This document shows positions 1 through 9,985 of a stretch of DNA of 64,000 nucleotides, in pieces (the stretch's first letter is position 1; every line of letters begins with the position of its first letter). Position numbers and translations under genes: made by a program. This DNA is from a virus. Lineage: Duplodnaviria > Caudoviricetes. The notes under the pieces were generated by a model, which was not told the DNA's origin, made no database searches, and saw nothing but the letters and a program-made list of their open reading frames with translations. The stretch lies in the IMG/VR virus record IMGVR_UViG_3300006922_000005; one strand, given 5' to 3'.

Positions 1-1
1 T

Positions 2-1846
2 CCACCAAATAATCCAATTGAAGGACAAGTTTGGTTTGATAGTGCAACTAACAGATTAAAAATTAATGATTCAACAGCAGGTTCTGCAAACTGGAGACCA
101 GCAGGCGGCGTACATGTTGAAGCAGTTGAACCAACAAATCCACTAACAGGAGATGTTTGGGTTGATACAACAAACAATCAACTTTACATTTATACAGGTG
201 CGGCATTCCAATTAGTTGGACCAAACTTTGCAGGCGGCCTTAAAGCAGGTGCTCAAGCAGAAGAAGTTGTTGATACACAAAATACTACTCATACAGTAAT
301 TAAAAACTATGTTGCAGATAAAGTTGTAACAATTATTTCAAAAGATCAATTTATTCCAAGACAAAAAATTGAAGGATTTGTAGAATTGTTTCCAGGTATT
401 AATATTTCTTCTACAGATTTTGACAACAATGGAATATTATTAAACAAATTACATGCAACAGCAACAAGGGCAGATGCATTAAATGTAACACAACCTGCTA
501 TTGAAACTGTAAATGCAAATAACTTTATAAGAAGTGATATTACAGATACAATGAACGGTCAGTTGTTTGTAAGAAACGACGGTGGTGTAACAGTTGGATC
601 AAATCAAATTTTTAACTTAGAGATTGCAAGTAACAATGCTGTAATTAAAAATAACTCATTAGATGGTAACATTGACTTTAAAGTTTTTCCAGAAGCAGAT
701 AGAGATGTTGTTACTGTTATGCGTGTTGACGGAAGAAACAAACGTATAGGTATTAATCAAGTTTCACCAACAGTAGCATTAGATGTAACTGGTAGTGGAC
801 ACTTTACACAAAATTTACAATTATCAGCAACAGATACATCAACATCAACATCAACCGGAGCACTTATTGTTGCAGGTGGTGCAGGTATTGCAGAAAACTT
901 ATTTGTTGGCGGTAATGCAAACTTCCAAGGACATATTCAAGTTGGCGAAACAGGTAGTGGTACAGTTGCTATTCAACCCACAGACAATGGAACACAAGCG
1001 TTTGATAAATCATTAGACATTGGTACTACAAACAATTCATTTAGAAATGTTTATTCAGAAACATTTACAGGTAGACTAGTAGGTAGTGTTGTTGGTGATG
1101 TATTTGGTAACATTAATGGTACAGCAGATAGACTAGTTGCTTCAACAGTATTTAAAATTGGCGGACACGTTGCTGACTCTACAGGATTTAGTTTTGATGG
1201 TCAAACAGGTGGCGCAGAAAAAGTATTCAACGTAACATTAACACAAGATGCTATTTCAGATCAAACAGCAGTTACAGACAACGAAAACGATGACGAATTA
1301 TTAATTGTTAGATCAGGACAAGGACTTAAACGTACTAAAAGATCTAACTTTTTTGCAGGTGCTTCATTAGTACCAATTGGGGCAATTATGCCTTACGCAG
1401 GACCTATTACAACATTTGCAGATATTCCAAGTGGATATTTGTTATGTGATGGATCAGAAGTTGCACAAGGTATATATCCAGACTTATTTGATGTAATTGC
1501 ATTTACATACGGTGCTGGTGTTAACCCAAGTACATTTAAATTACCAGACTTACGTGGTAGATTTCCACTAGGTTTAGACAACATGGACAATGGAACTACA
1601 GTAAACGATGTTAGTGGTTCAGCAGTTGATGCAGGTGGTGGTACAGCAAACAGAGTTACAAATACTAGTGCAAGGTCACTAGGTGGTTCAGGAGGTGTTG
1701 AGCAAATCGATACAACTAACGTTGCATTTGGTAGTGGTACACAATTCAGTGATACAACAGGAAGCGGACCATATCAGAATCAAAATGTAATGAATCCATA
1801 TTTGGCGTTAAGTTACATTATTAGATCAGGGGAGCCAGCGGCGTAA
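2..1846 (+). CDS. Tail fibre protein with C-terminal tail-collar domain (5'-truncated by window edge)
   Basis: Frame is open from base 2 (PPNNPIEGQVWFD...), so 386 is not the real start. Shares the paralog motif P..P..GQVW.D. C-terminal collar signature IGAIMPYAG...YLLCDGS...YPDLFDVI...FKLPDLRGRFPLG. Confidence 0.85.
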   Translation, partial: PPNNPIEGQVWFDSATNRLKINDSTAGSANWRPAGGVHVEAVEPTNPLTGDVWVDTTNNQLYIYTGAAFQLVGPNFAGGLKAGAQAEEVVDTQNTTHTVIKNYVADKVVTIISKDQFIPRQKIEGFVELFPGINISSTDFDNNGILLNKLHATATRADALNVTQPAIETVNANNFIRSDITDTMNGQLFVRNDGGVTVGSNQIFNLEIASNNAVIKNNSLDGNIDFKVFPEADRDVVTVMRVDGRNKRIGINQVSPTVALDVTGSGHFTQNLQLSATDTSTSTSTGALIVAGGAGIAENLFVGGNANFQGHIQVGETGSGTVAIQPTDNGTQAFDKSLDIGTTNNSFRNVYSETFTGRLVGSVVGDVFGNINGTADRLVASTVFKIGGHVADSTGFSFDGQTGGAEKVFNVTLTQDAISDQTAVTDNENDDELLIVRSGQGLKRTKRSNFFAGASLVPIGAIMPYAGPITTFADIPSGYLLCDGSEVAQGIYPDLFDVIAFTYGAGVNPSTFKLPDLRGRFPLGLDNMDNGTTVNDVSGSAVDAGGGTANRVTNTSARSLGGSGGVEQIDTTNVAFGSGTQFSDTTGSGPYQNQNVMNPYLALSYIIRSGEPAA

Positions 1847-3684
1847 TGAGTTATACAGTAAACAAAACAAACGGTTCAGTTTTAACTATTGTCGGTGACG
1901 GTACAGTTGATGCAACATCAACAGATATTACACTAGTTGGTAGAAAATACAGTGGGTACGGAGAAGTACTTAACGAAAATACAATTAAGTTATTAGAAAA
2001 TTTTGCAAACAGAACAGCACCTAACTCACCGTTAGAAGGACAAGTTTGGTATGATACATTAGAAGGACGTTTAAAAGTTTATACTGGTAGCGTTTTTAAA
2101 CCAACTGGTGGTCCTTTAGTTCAAGATACAGAACCAGCAGGATTAGTTATTGGTGATTTATGGATTAACAACGAAGCAAACCAACTTTACTTTTATGACG
2201 GAGTGGATCTAAGTTTAGCAGGTCCTATATATTCAAATGCAGAAGGTAAGCATGGGTGGATTGTAGAAAACCTTGTTGACACAGGAAACAATGGGCGTTC
2301 AATTACAGGTTTATGGGTAAACGGAGAACGTATAGGTATTTTAAGTAGATACCAATTTACACCACAAACAGCAATTAATGGATTTGCAAGTATTAATGTT
2401 GGTTTAAATTTTAGTACGGCAGTAACAGGATTAAAATTACACGGTACAGCAACATCAGCAGATGCAGTTGCAGGTATTGCTCCTGGACAGTTTTTACGTT
2501 CAGATGAAAGTGATATTACAACAGGTACACTTGGTGTACTTAATGATGGCGGACTTACATTAGGTTCTTCTAGTAACTTTACACAATTTATTAGTAGTAC
2601 TGTAACAACATTTAAAAACAACCTACAAGATAGAGATTGGTTACTACAGGTTAACTCAAGTGTTACCGGTGGATTAACAAATGCAATTGATATTGATAGT
2701 TCTTCACTTACACTAAAATTATTTGAAGGTAGAGAAACTAGTAACGTTGTAATGGGTGGTGATTTAACTATTGATGGAAATCTTATTGTAAGTGGAGACA
2801 CAACAACAGTTAATGTTGCTACAATGAGAGTTGAAGATAAAAACATTGAACTTGCATACGGCGGAACGCCAACTGATACACTAGCAAACGGTGGAGGTAT
2901 TACTCTTAAAGGTACAACTGATCATACAATTAATTGGGCAAACAGCACAACAAATTGGACTACTAGTGATAACTTTGGTGTTGCATCAGGTAAGCATTTC
3001 CATGTAAATGATGTATTAGTATTAAGCAATGATACTTTAGGTGCAGGAGTTGTAAATTCAAGTTTAACAAATGTAGGAACACTTACAGAATTACAAGTTG
3101 ATAGTTTAGAACTAAATGGTAACACAATTTCTACTATTACAACAAACACAGATTTAAATATTGATGTACATGGTACAGGTAATGTTGTATTTGATAATGA
3201 AGAATCAACACCAGTTACACAAATTAAAGGTGTAGCAGATCCAACAGTGGCACAAGATGTTGCTACTAAAAATTATGTTGATACAGAAATTACAAATCAA
3301 GATATCATTATAACTATGAACGTTACAGGAATGGCAAGTCAAAACACAGTTGAAATTCCAGCAGAATTAGCAAAACTAGCACCACCAGTAAATTACCAAG
3401 TTGGTACACAAGCAAGAATATTGTGTGAAACACTTTCACTTGCAGGTACACCAACTACTATTACAACAAACACAGGAACAACTACAGGTTTAACAAACGA
3501 ATTATTAGTTAATCAAGTAGCAGTAGATAAAGATGGAAGTGTAAGTAGTGCAAGTGTAGTACAGAGTCTGAGTTTTCCAAATGGTATAACACCAAGTGGT
3601 AACTCAATTGCAGTAGCAAGAACAACTAAAATATTCGAAATCCAAACAGGTCCATTAAGATGGGCGTATGTGAGTGATGTGTAA
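1846..3684 (+). CDS. Tail fibre/baseplate-anchored fibre protein, paralog 2
   Basis: N-terminal anchor motif GTVD..STDI.LVGR.YSGYGE..NEN..KLLENFA..TAP..P.EGQVWYD; G/T/N-rich beta-fibre repeats. Confidence 0.8.
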   Translation: MSYTVNKTNGSVLTIVGDGTVDATSTDITLVGRKYSGYGEVLNENTIKLLENFANRTAPNSPLEGQVWYDTLEGRLKVYTGSVFKPTGGPLVQDTEPAGLVIGDLWINNEANQLYFYDGVDLSLAGPIYSNAEGKHGWIVENLVDTGNNGRSITGLWVNGERIGILSRYQFTPQTAINGFASINVGLNFSTAVTGLKLHGTATSADAVAGIAPGQFLRSDESDITTGTLGVLNDGGLTLGSSSNFTQFISSTVTTFKNNLQDRDWLLQVNSSVTGGLTNAIDIDSSSLTLKLFEGRETSNVVMGGDLTIDGNLIVSGDTTTVNVATMRVEDKNIELAYGGTPTDTLANGGGITLKGTTDHTINWANSTTNWTTSDNFGVASGKHFHVNDVLVLSNDTLGAGVVNSSLTNVGTLTELQVDSLELNGNTISTITTNTDLNIDVHGTGNVVFDNEESTPVTQIKGVADPTVAQDVATKNYVDTEITNQDIIITMNVTGMASQNTVEIPAELAKLAPPVNYQVGTQARILCETLSLAGTPTTITTNTGTTTGLTNELLVNQVAVDKDGSVSSASVVQSLSFPNGITPSGNSIAVARTTKIFEIQTGPLRWAYVSDV

Positions 3685-3698
3685 GGAAATAAAGAGCG

Positions 3699-6092
3699 AT
3701 GCCATATCAAATAGATAAAACAGACGGAACAGTACTAGTAACATTAGCCGACGGAGTTGTAGATAATTCAACAGACTTACAACTTGTAGGTAGAAATGTT
3801 GCAGGCTACGGTGAGCAACAAAATGAAAACTTTGTTAAGTTATTAGAAAACTTTGCAAGAGCAGATACACCACCAAGTAAACCGCAGGTTGGCCAATTAT
3901 GGTTTGATAAAAATGCAGACAAACTTCGTCCAAGTGTGTTTGATGGAGTACATTGGCGTAACCTTTCAATTACACAAGTTTCAGCAACAGAGCCACAAGG
4001 ACAAAAAGAAGGTGACCTATGGTGGGATACTGTAAACAATAAATTATATGTTTTTGTTGCAGACGGTAATCAACACGTATTAGTAGGTCCTGAAAGTATA
4101 TTAGGCTTTGGTAAAACAAAGTGGGAAACAACTAAACTTACAGATACATCAGCAGGTGAACATCCAGTTAGTATTGGATATGTTGATGGTAGTGCATATA
4201 TGGTAATGGCAGATACTGCATTTGAAATTGATCAAACAGTAACACCTTTAACTGGATTTACAAGAATAGGCGAAGGCCTAACTTCTAAAGGAACAAACAT
4301 TGACGGAGTAACATCAGGAACTACAAGATTTTTTGGTACAGCAGGTGATGCAGATAGACTAGGCGGACGTTTAGCAAGTACATGGGCAAATAGAAACGAC
4401 AACGAAATTATTACAGGAACATATAGTTTTCAAAATGATGGTGGTATTACAATAGGTGATACACTTGAATTAAGTTTAAAAGTTATTAATGCTAACGAAC
4501 CAAGTATTTTTGCAGAGTTTGGAGACCAATTAAATTTAGGTGTTAACTATTCAGGTAGTGGATTTGATAAAACAACAATTTACTTAAAAGAAAAAAGTGT
4601 GTTACCTTATGCTAACAACGAAGTTAGTTTAGGATCTCCAAGTAGAAACTTTAGAAACGTATATGCAACAGACATTTATGCAAACTTTATTGGTACACTT
4701 GCAGGATCTATGGTTGGTACAACAACAGGTGCTAACAGAGGTCCACTACAAGATAGTTCAGGAGCGACAGTTATTGATCCAGACACAGGATTATCTTACA
4801 CAATTAACGTTGGTAATTCACAAGCAACAAACGGGTTAACAGTAGTAGATGTTGATGCAACTACAACAGCACCGATTGTACCAACTAGTGCAGGAACACT
4901 TAGAGGTAGATTTGAAGGTTCGTCTGCATTTGTTGATTACGGAGTTTATACTAATCAAAATAATGTATTAGCAGGATCAAACACTTATAACGGTACATCA
5001 GTTTTTAACGGAAGTTCTACGCATACAGCATTAACTTCAACAAACGTAAACTTATCAGTTGGTAGAATTGGTAGAGGAGCAATTACAAGTCCTAATCCAG
5101 ATCCAAACACTACTATTGGAGATTTATTAATTGATAGAGTAACTATTAACGAATCTAAAATACAAGATAGTGATATAAGAGCAGGAACAATTACAAACGG
5201 TACTGTAATTGACGGAGCCGACATTGGCCAAAATGCACCAGCAATACAAGTTAAAGCACAAAAATTTGTTGATGCTGTTGGAGCAGAAGTAACACGTATT
5301 AGTGATGATGGACAATTTTTACAAAACAGTACAACTAACCTTGTTACTGAACGTGCTATTAAAGAATATGTAGATACAACATTCCAGTCAACAGGACAAG
5401 ACATACAGTTTTATCTTGATACTAAAGATATGACAACATCAGATGTTGGAACACAACTTACAAGACTTGCACCACCTGAAAACTTCAAAGAAGGAACTAC
5501 AGCAAGAATTTTAGGTAGTTATTATTATGGCGATTTAGGAACAGATAGTAGCGGACAACCTTTCTTTGTAAAGAAATATGGTACTACTGTTCAAAGAGGT
5601 ATTGGTTATATTGGAGGACGAACTGTTACTAGAGCAATTGGTGCAGTACAAGGATTAATTAATAAAAAATCTGCAACACAAGGTTATGAATTTCAATTAA
5701 GTGCAACAGGAAGCATTACAACTGATACTCAAACACATAATCCAAATACAAATCAAGGTGACTTTACACAAAAATTAGGTAATGGTACTATTGACGGTTG
5801 GTATGTATTTCCAAATGCTCCATTAAACGGAGACCAAGCAGATGAATTTTCAACTGATGCAGTACAAGGTGCAAAAGTAGTTGTAGTAAGAAATGGTCTA
5901 GTAGAAACTTATAGTTCAAGTGACAGTATTTTACAACTAGTAGTTGGCAACGTTACGTTTACTAGAGCGGCGGCTAGTTACTGGAATGGTACAGTTAGCC
6001 TTGCAGGATATGCAGTGGCAGTACAAGGATATGCATTTGATAGAACTTCAAGAACAAGTTCTGCGGCATGGGTATATAGGGGTAATATTTAA
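3699..6092 (+). CDS. Tail fibre protein, paralog 3
   Basis: Same N-terminal anchor (DGVVDNSTDLQLVGRNVAGYGEQQNENFVKLLENFA). LAPP.N...GT.ARIL segment shared with paralog 2. Confidence 0.8.
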   Translation: MPYQIDKTDGTVLVTLADGVVDNSTDLQLVGRNVAGYGEQQNENFVKLLENFARADTPPSKPQVGQLWFDKNADKLRPSVFDGVHWRNLSITQVSATEPQGQKEGDLWWDTVNNKLYVFVADGNQHVLVGPESILGFGKTKWETTKLTDTSAGEHPVSIGYVDGSAYMVMADTAFEIDQTVTPLTGFTRIGEGLTSKGTNIDGVTSGTTRFFGTAGDADRLGGRLASTWANRNDNEIITGTYSFQNDGGITIGDTLELSLKVINANEPSIFAEFGDQLNLGVNYSGSGFDKTTIYLKEKSVLPYANNEVSLGSPSRNFRNVYATDIYANFIGTLAGSMVGTTTGANRGPLQDSSGATVIDPDTGLSYTINVGNSQATNGLTVVDVDATTTAPIVPTSAGTLRGRFEGSSAFVDYGVYTNQNNVLAGSNTYNGTSVFNGSSTHTALTSTNVNLSVGRIGRGAITSPNPDPNTTIGDLLIDRVTINESKIQDSDIRAGTITNGTVIDGADIGQNAPAIQVKAQKFVDAVGAEVTRISDDGQFLQNSTTNLVTERAIKEYVDTTFQSTGQDIQFYLDTKDMTTSDVGTQLTRLAPPENFKEGTTARILGSYYYGDLGTDSSGQPFFVKKYGTTVQRGIGYIGGRTVTRAIGAVQGLINKKSATQGYEFQLSATGSITTDTQTHNPNTNQGDFTQKLGNGTIDGWYVFPNAPLNGDQADEFSTDAVQGAKVVVVRNGLVETYSSSDSILQLVVGNVTFTRAAASYWNGTVSLAGYAVAVQGYAFDRTSRTSSAAWVYRGNI

Positions 6093-6580
6093 TGTATGAA
6101 GTTGTTGATAACTTTATAACAAATGTTGATGGAATTATGGAACTGGTTAAACAACACGAAGCAGAAGGGCGTTTTACTAATAGAGGAATTGGTGGAACAG
6201 ACACTCATGCAACTGTGTATGGTGAAAGTCATTTTTCTAGTCTATATGAAAAAAATATGGATGAGAAATTAGTTGAAACAGTTTGGGAAACTATACCTAA
6301 AGAACGCAAGTGGTGTTCACAGATTGTTGTAAACAAATATAAACCTGGTGATTGGTTAATTAGACATCAAGATAGTGCAGGTGGGTATTGGAAGTTTATG
6401 CTAGTGTTTTTAACACAAGGTAAGCCTCATTTTAAGTATTGGGACAAAGATGAAAAAGAACATTTAGTCCAAGAAGTAAAAGGTGCAATGTTTAAAATGC
6501 CAATTGAAACTTGGCACGAAGTAACAAAAATAGAAAATGACGAAGAACCCAAGTATAGTCTTTGTCTAATATGGGAATAA
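6092..6580 (+). CDS. 2OG-Fe(II) oxygenase superfamily protein
   Basis: VNKY.PGD...RHQD (HxD), distal WHEV His and KYSL strand typical of the DSBH oxygenase fold. Confidence 0.75.
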   Translation: MYEVVDNFITNVDGIMELVKQHEAEGRFTNRGIGGTDTHATVYGESHFSSLYEKNMDEKLVETVWETIPKERKWCSQIVVNKYKPGDWLIRHQDSAGGYWKFMLVFLTQGKPHFKYWDKDEKEHLVQEVKGAMFKMPIETWHEVTKIENDEEPKYSLCLIWE

Positions 6581-6584
6581 GGAT

Positions 6585-7061
6585 ATGGCAAAAGAAAAAT
6601 TTAAATTAATGTTTAATGCCAAAAACGGAACACTCTTAGGACATCTTCCTAAGGGCATGGACACTTTTGGTTTAGATCCTGCAGAAGTAAAAATAAGGAC
6701 TGTACAATATGATCCTGAACAAGAAGTCTTCATAGGAACTTATGCAGATGGAAAAGTTATTAAGATAAGCGATGCAGATGACGGCAAAGCATTTATTGAT
6801 GAAGAGGTATTAAATGCAGGAGTGCAAGATGACATTGCTGAAAAATACCCAATGCATAGACAACTTAATATTATTATTGATATGTTAGATAAGTGTGATT
6901 ATCCTAATACTCCAGAATTTAAGGAAATGGTAGAATATATTAAAGATTTACGTGAAATGAATAAAACACGTAAAGAGCAATATAAATCTAGCGATGCATA
7001 CTTTTTTGCAGATAAAGAACTTTCTAAACTTGATCGCAAGAAACGTATGGGCGAAGCATAA
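6585..7061 (+). CDS. Hypothetical protein, possible tail-fibre-associated/assembly protein
   Basis: Tightly packed between fibre genes; GGA RBS-like site upstream. Confidence 0.5.
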   Translation: MAKEKFKLMFNAKNGTLLGHLPKGMDTFGLDPAEVKIRTVQYDPEQEVFIGTYADGKVIKISDADDGKAFIDEEVLNAGVQDDIAEKYPMHRQLNIIIDMLDKCDYPNTPEFKEMVEYIKDLREMNKTRKEQYKSSDAYFFADKELSKLDRKKRMGEA

Positions 7062-7062
7062 G

Positions 7063-7069
7063 GTAAATA
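7063..7069 (+). promoter_or_regulatory. T4-like late promoter core (GTAAATA)
   Basis: TAAATA core 20 nt upstream of a structural gene; T4 late consensus is TATAAATA. Confidence 0.5.
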
Positions 7070-7088
7070 CTGCAAGTAGAGGAAAAAC

Positions 7089-8837
7089 ATGCCATATATT
7101 ATTAATACATACAACGGACAACAAATTGCAGTAGTACAAGACGGTACTGTAGATAGTACTACAGATATTAAACTTGTAGGTAAAAACTATGCTGGATTTG
7201 GTGAAATCATTAATGAGAACTTTGTACACTTATTGGAAAGTTTCTCAGGTGCTAATCAACCACCTAACCCTTTAGCAGGACAAGTTTGGTATGATAGTGC
7301 TAACCGTGTTATTAAGTTTTATGATGGTAATAGATTTAGAATTGCAGGCGGTGCTGAAATTGGACCAAACCAACCAGTAGGTTTAGCACGTGGAGACCTT
7401 TGGTGGGAAACAGATGGTGAACAACTATATGTTTACAACGGTGAAGATTTTATTCTTGTTGGTCCTGTAAGTACAGGTGGTGAAGGTGTATCACAGGTTA
7501 CTTCAAGAGTAGTAAAAGATGTTAGTGCAAACGACAGAACAATATTAACTTATACAGTTAATGACGCAGTAATGGGTATTACTGCTAAAGACGAATTTAT
7601 ATTAGATAGTTCTAAAAATCCTATTGCTGGATTTAGTTCAATCAAAAAAGGTTTTAACCTAGCAAACGAATCTTCAGTTCCAGGTATACGTTATCACGGA
7701 ACAGCAGTAAATGCAGATAACTTAGGCGGAATTCCAGCGGCACAATATGTACTTAATAGTGGACTACAAAGTTTTGCAGATCAAGTTAAATTTTTAGGTG
7801 ATGAAGGACTAACTGTAGGTGCAGGCGAAGATTTAAAATTACACATCACAAGTGGTGATGTTGGAAACCTTACTAACCAAGTAGGTAATGCAATACAGTT
7901 TCAAGTTAATACAGGAACAGGTGCGGCAGTAGTTGCAAAGTTTAATCAAAATCAATTTTTACCAGCAACAAATAATACAGGATCATTAGGATCAATTAGT
8001 ACACGTTGGGCAAACGTCTATTGTGGAAATATTGATATTGATTCAACAGGAGTATTAACTGGTGACGTAACAGGTAACTTAACAGGTAACAGTGCAGGTA
8101 CACATACTGGAGATGTAGTAGGTAACGTTACTGCAAGTACAGGAACAAGTTCATTTAATAACCTTACTGTAAACGGTACATTAACTGCAACAGTACAAGG
8201 TACATCAGATGTTGCTAACAAATTAGTAGTAGATGCAGGTACAGCAAGAGAAGCAAATACGTTGCTTGTAAATAATAGTATTGTTGCTAGAGATTCAAAC
8301 GGTGATATTAACGTAAACATCTTAAACGGTACTGCAACTAACTCACAGGGATTAAATGGTGCTAGTGCAAGTACTACTGCAACAGCAGGTACTATTGCAC
8401 AAAGAGATGGTAATAAAGATTTAACAGCAAGAAAGTTCTTAGGAACTGCAACCGCGGCACAGTTTGCTGACTTGGCTGAAATATACAAATCAGATTTAGA
8501 TTACGAACCAGGTATAGTTTTAATATTTGGTGGTGATGAAGAAGTTACAACAACTGACAAGTTCTGTGATCATAGAATAGCAGGTATTGTTAGTACTGAA
8601 CCAGCACACTTAATGAATTCAAATGCTGAAGGTGTTGCAGTAGCACTTAGAGGTAGAGTTCCGTGTATGATGGAAGGTCCTACTAAAAAAGGTGACCTGG
8701 TTGTAACAAGTCCAAAAAACGGAATAGCAACTTGCTTATCAGCAGATAGTGCTTTACCTAGTTCAATTTGTATCCTAGGAAGATGCTTAGAAAACAATAA
8801 TGAGCAAGGTATTAGACTAGTAGAAGTTGTAGTTTAA
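7089..8837 (+). CDS. Tail fibre protein, paralog 4, with C-terminal intramolecular-chaperone-like domain
   Basis: Same N-terminal anchor. C-terminal AQFADLAEIY...GIVLIFGGDEEV...VALRGRVPC segment typical of autocleaved chaperone domains of fibres. Confidence 0.75.
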   Translation: MPYIINTYNGQQIAVVQDGTVDSTTDIKLVGKNYAGFGEIINENFVHLLESFSGANQPPNPLAGQVWYDSANRVIKFYDGNRFRIAGGAEIGPNQPVGLARGDLWWETDGEQLYVYNGEDFILVGPVSTGGEGVSQVTSRVVKDVSANDRTILTYTVNDAVMGITAKDEFILDSSKNPIAGFSSIKKGFNLANESSVPGIRYHGTAVNADNLGGIPAAQYVLNSGLQSFADQVKFLGDEGLTVGAGEDLKLHITSGDVGNLTNQVGNAIQFQVNTGTGAAVVAKFNQNQFLPATNNTGSLGSISTRWANVYCGNIDIDSTGVLTGDVTGNLTGNSAGTHTGDVVGNVTASTGTSSFNNLTVNGTLTATVQGTSDVANKLVVDAGTAREANTLLVNNSIVARDSNGDINVNILNGTATNSQGLNGASASTTATAGTIAQRDGNKDLTARKFLGTATAAQFADLAEIYKSDLDYEPGIVLIFGGDEEVTTTDKFCDHRIAGIVSTEPAHLMNSNAEGVAVALRGRVPCMMEGPTKKGDLVVTSPKNGIATCLSADSALPSSICILGRCLENNNEQGIRLVEVVV

Positions 8838-8843
8838 GGTATC

Positions 8844-8935
8844 TTAAACGCATTTTAAGCGTCATACAGCGGTGTTATATACTATATGCTACAATTATGT
8901 TGTTTGCTGTATAACGTTAAAATAAGACGGTTTAA
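8844..8935. terminator. Long imperfect inverted repeat between convergent transcription units
   Basis: Arm 8852-8870 ATTTTAAGCGTCATACAGC pairs with 8906-8923 GCTGTATAACGTTAAAAT; outer TTAAAC/GTTTAA; 35-nt loop. Confidence 0.45.
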
Positions 8936-8938
8936 ATG

Positions 8939-9598
8939 CTATAGTTCTTGTACTAACGGAAAGATTTTAGCAATAACTTTGGCACAAGCATGTGCAATAT
9001 CCATATGTTCTTTTTGTGTGCCGTTGGCACCACGCAACTCAATATAGTGAACCCAACTACGTAAACTACCATTCATATATAATGTAGTTTTTGTAATACC
9101 TTCGGGTAATACTTTACGTGCTTGTTCTTTTGCAATACCTTTTTTGATTGCCCAATCGTATTCTTTTTTGGCTAGTACTGCAATACGTCTTTGTGCATGT
9201 TCCCAATCAAGTTGTAGTTTTGCATCATCAACATCAATAGAATTTTGTCTGTTCTTTGGATCTTGTAATCGTGCTTCTGAGTATTCGAACATATCGCCTT
9301 GATCTTCAGGATTAGCATAACGCTGACTAAACTCTTGGAAAGCAAAACTTCTATGTCTTACAATTTGGTGTGCAATATCACGTGTAGTTTGAATTTCTAA
9401 ACAAGCACTTACCATTTCTAAAGGTGACCAATGTGCATGTTTAATTAAGTACTTGATAAGTTTTTCGTTAGTTTCTTTATTCATTTGATTGCTTGGGTTA
9501 CTTACCCTAGCACAAAAGGCAATTAGATCTTGTACATTATCTAAATCATTTTTAAAATCTTGTGTTGGTTGTGAATAACTTACTAGGTTAACTTTCAT
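8939..9598 (-). CDS. thyX: FAD-dependent thymidylate synthase
   Basis: RHRx7S motif (RHRSFAFQEFSQRY), HWSPLE, KEQARKVLP, LRSWVHYIELR. Confidence 0.97.
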   Translation of the reverse strand: MKVNLVSYSQPTQDFKNDLDNVQDLIAFCARVSNPSNQMNKETNEKLIKYLIKHAHWSPLEMVSACLEIQTTRDIAHQIVRHRSFAFQEFSQRYANPEDQGDMFEYSEARLQDPKNRQNSIDVDDAKLQLDWEHAQRRIAVLAKKEYDWAIKKGIAKEQARKVLPEGITKTTLYMNGSLRSWVHYIELRGANGTQKEHMDIAHACAKVIAKIFPLVQEL

Positions 9599-9985
9599 TT
9601 ACTTCTTCTTTCCTTTTTTCTTTGCTTCAGCGTTTTTACGTTTGATTGTTTTGTTTACTTTCTTAGTAAAAGCATTTCTTGCTTGGACGACTTGTCCTTG
9701 TAGATTAGTCATATCAACTCTAAAATCAATATGCTCAACATTGTTACCATGTTCTCTAATTAGATTGTTTACTCTTAATGCGGCCTCTTGTAGATGTCCA
9801 CTTTGAGCAAGGATATTAGGTACGTCGATTACTATCTTATTACCTTTTTTTAGATTAAGTGTGAGTTCTCTTATATATTGAACAGGAAGGCTTTCGATTT
9901 TGATTTCATCGATAACGCCTTCCCATTCTGGATTGTTTGTCTCATCACCGTGGAGTATTATTCGTCCAGGGTTCTTTTCGTCCAT
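9599..9985 (-). CDS. Hypothetical protein
   Basis: Operonic packing with thyX; basic C-terminus. Confidence 0.6.
   Translation of the reverse strand: MDEKNPGRIILHGDETNNPEWEGVIDEIKIESLPVQYIRELTLNLKKGNKIVIDVPNILAQSGHLQEAALRVNNLIREHGNNVEHIDFRVDMTNLQGQVVQARNAFTKKVNKTIKRKNAEAKKKGKKK

Noticed and set aside
386-1846. TTG start at 386 for the first fibre
   Set aside because: The frame is open from base 2 and encodes the conserved paralog motif, so the gene starts before the window.
2193-2846. Long antisense ORFs over fibre, polB, yhhQ/folE and clpA genes (also 4985-5404, 24281-24757, 31148-31747, 40980-41492, 47310-47759)
   Set aside because: Shadow ORFs expected from the codon bias of the real gene on the other strand; no RBS or recognisable motifs.
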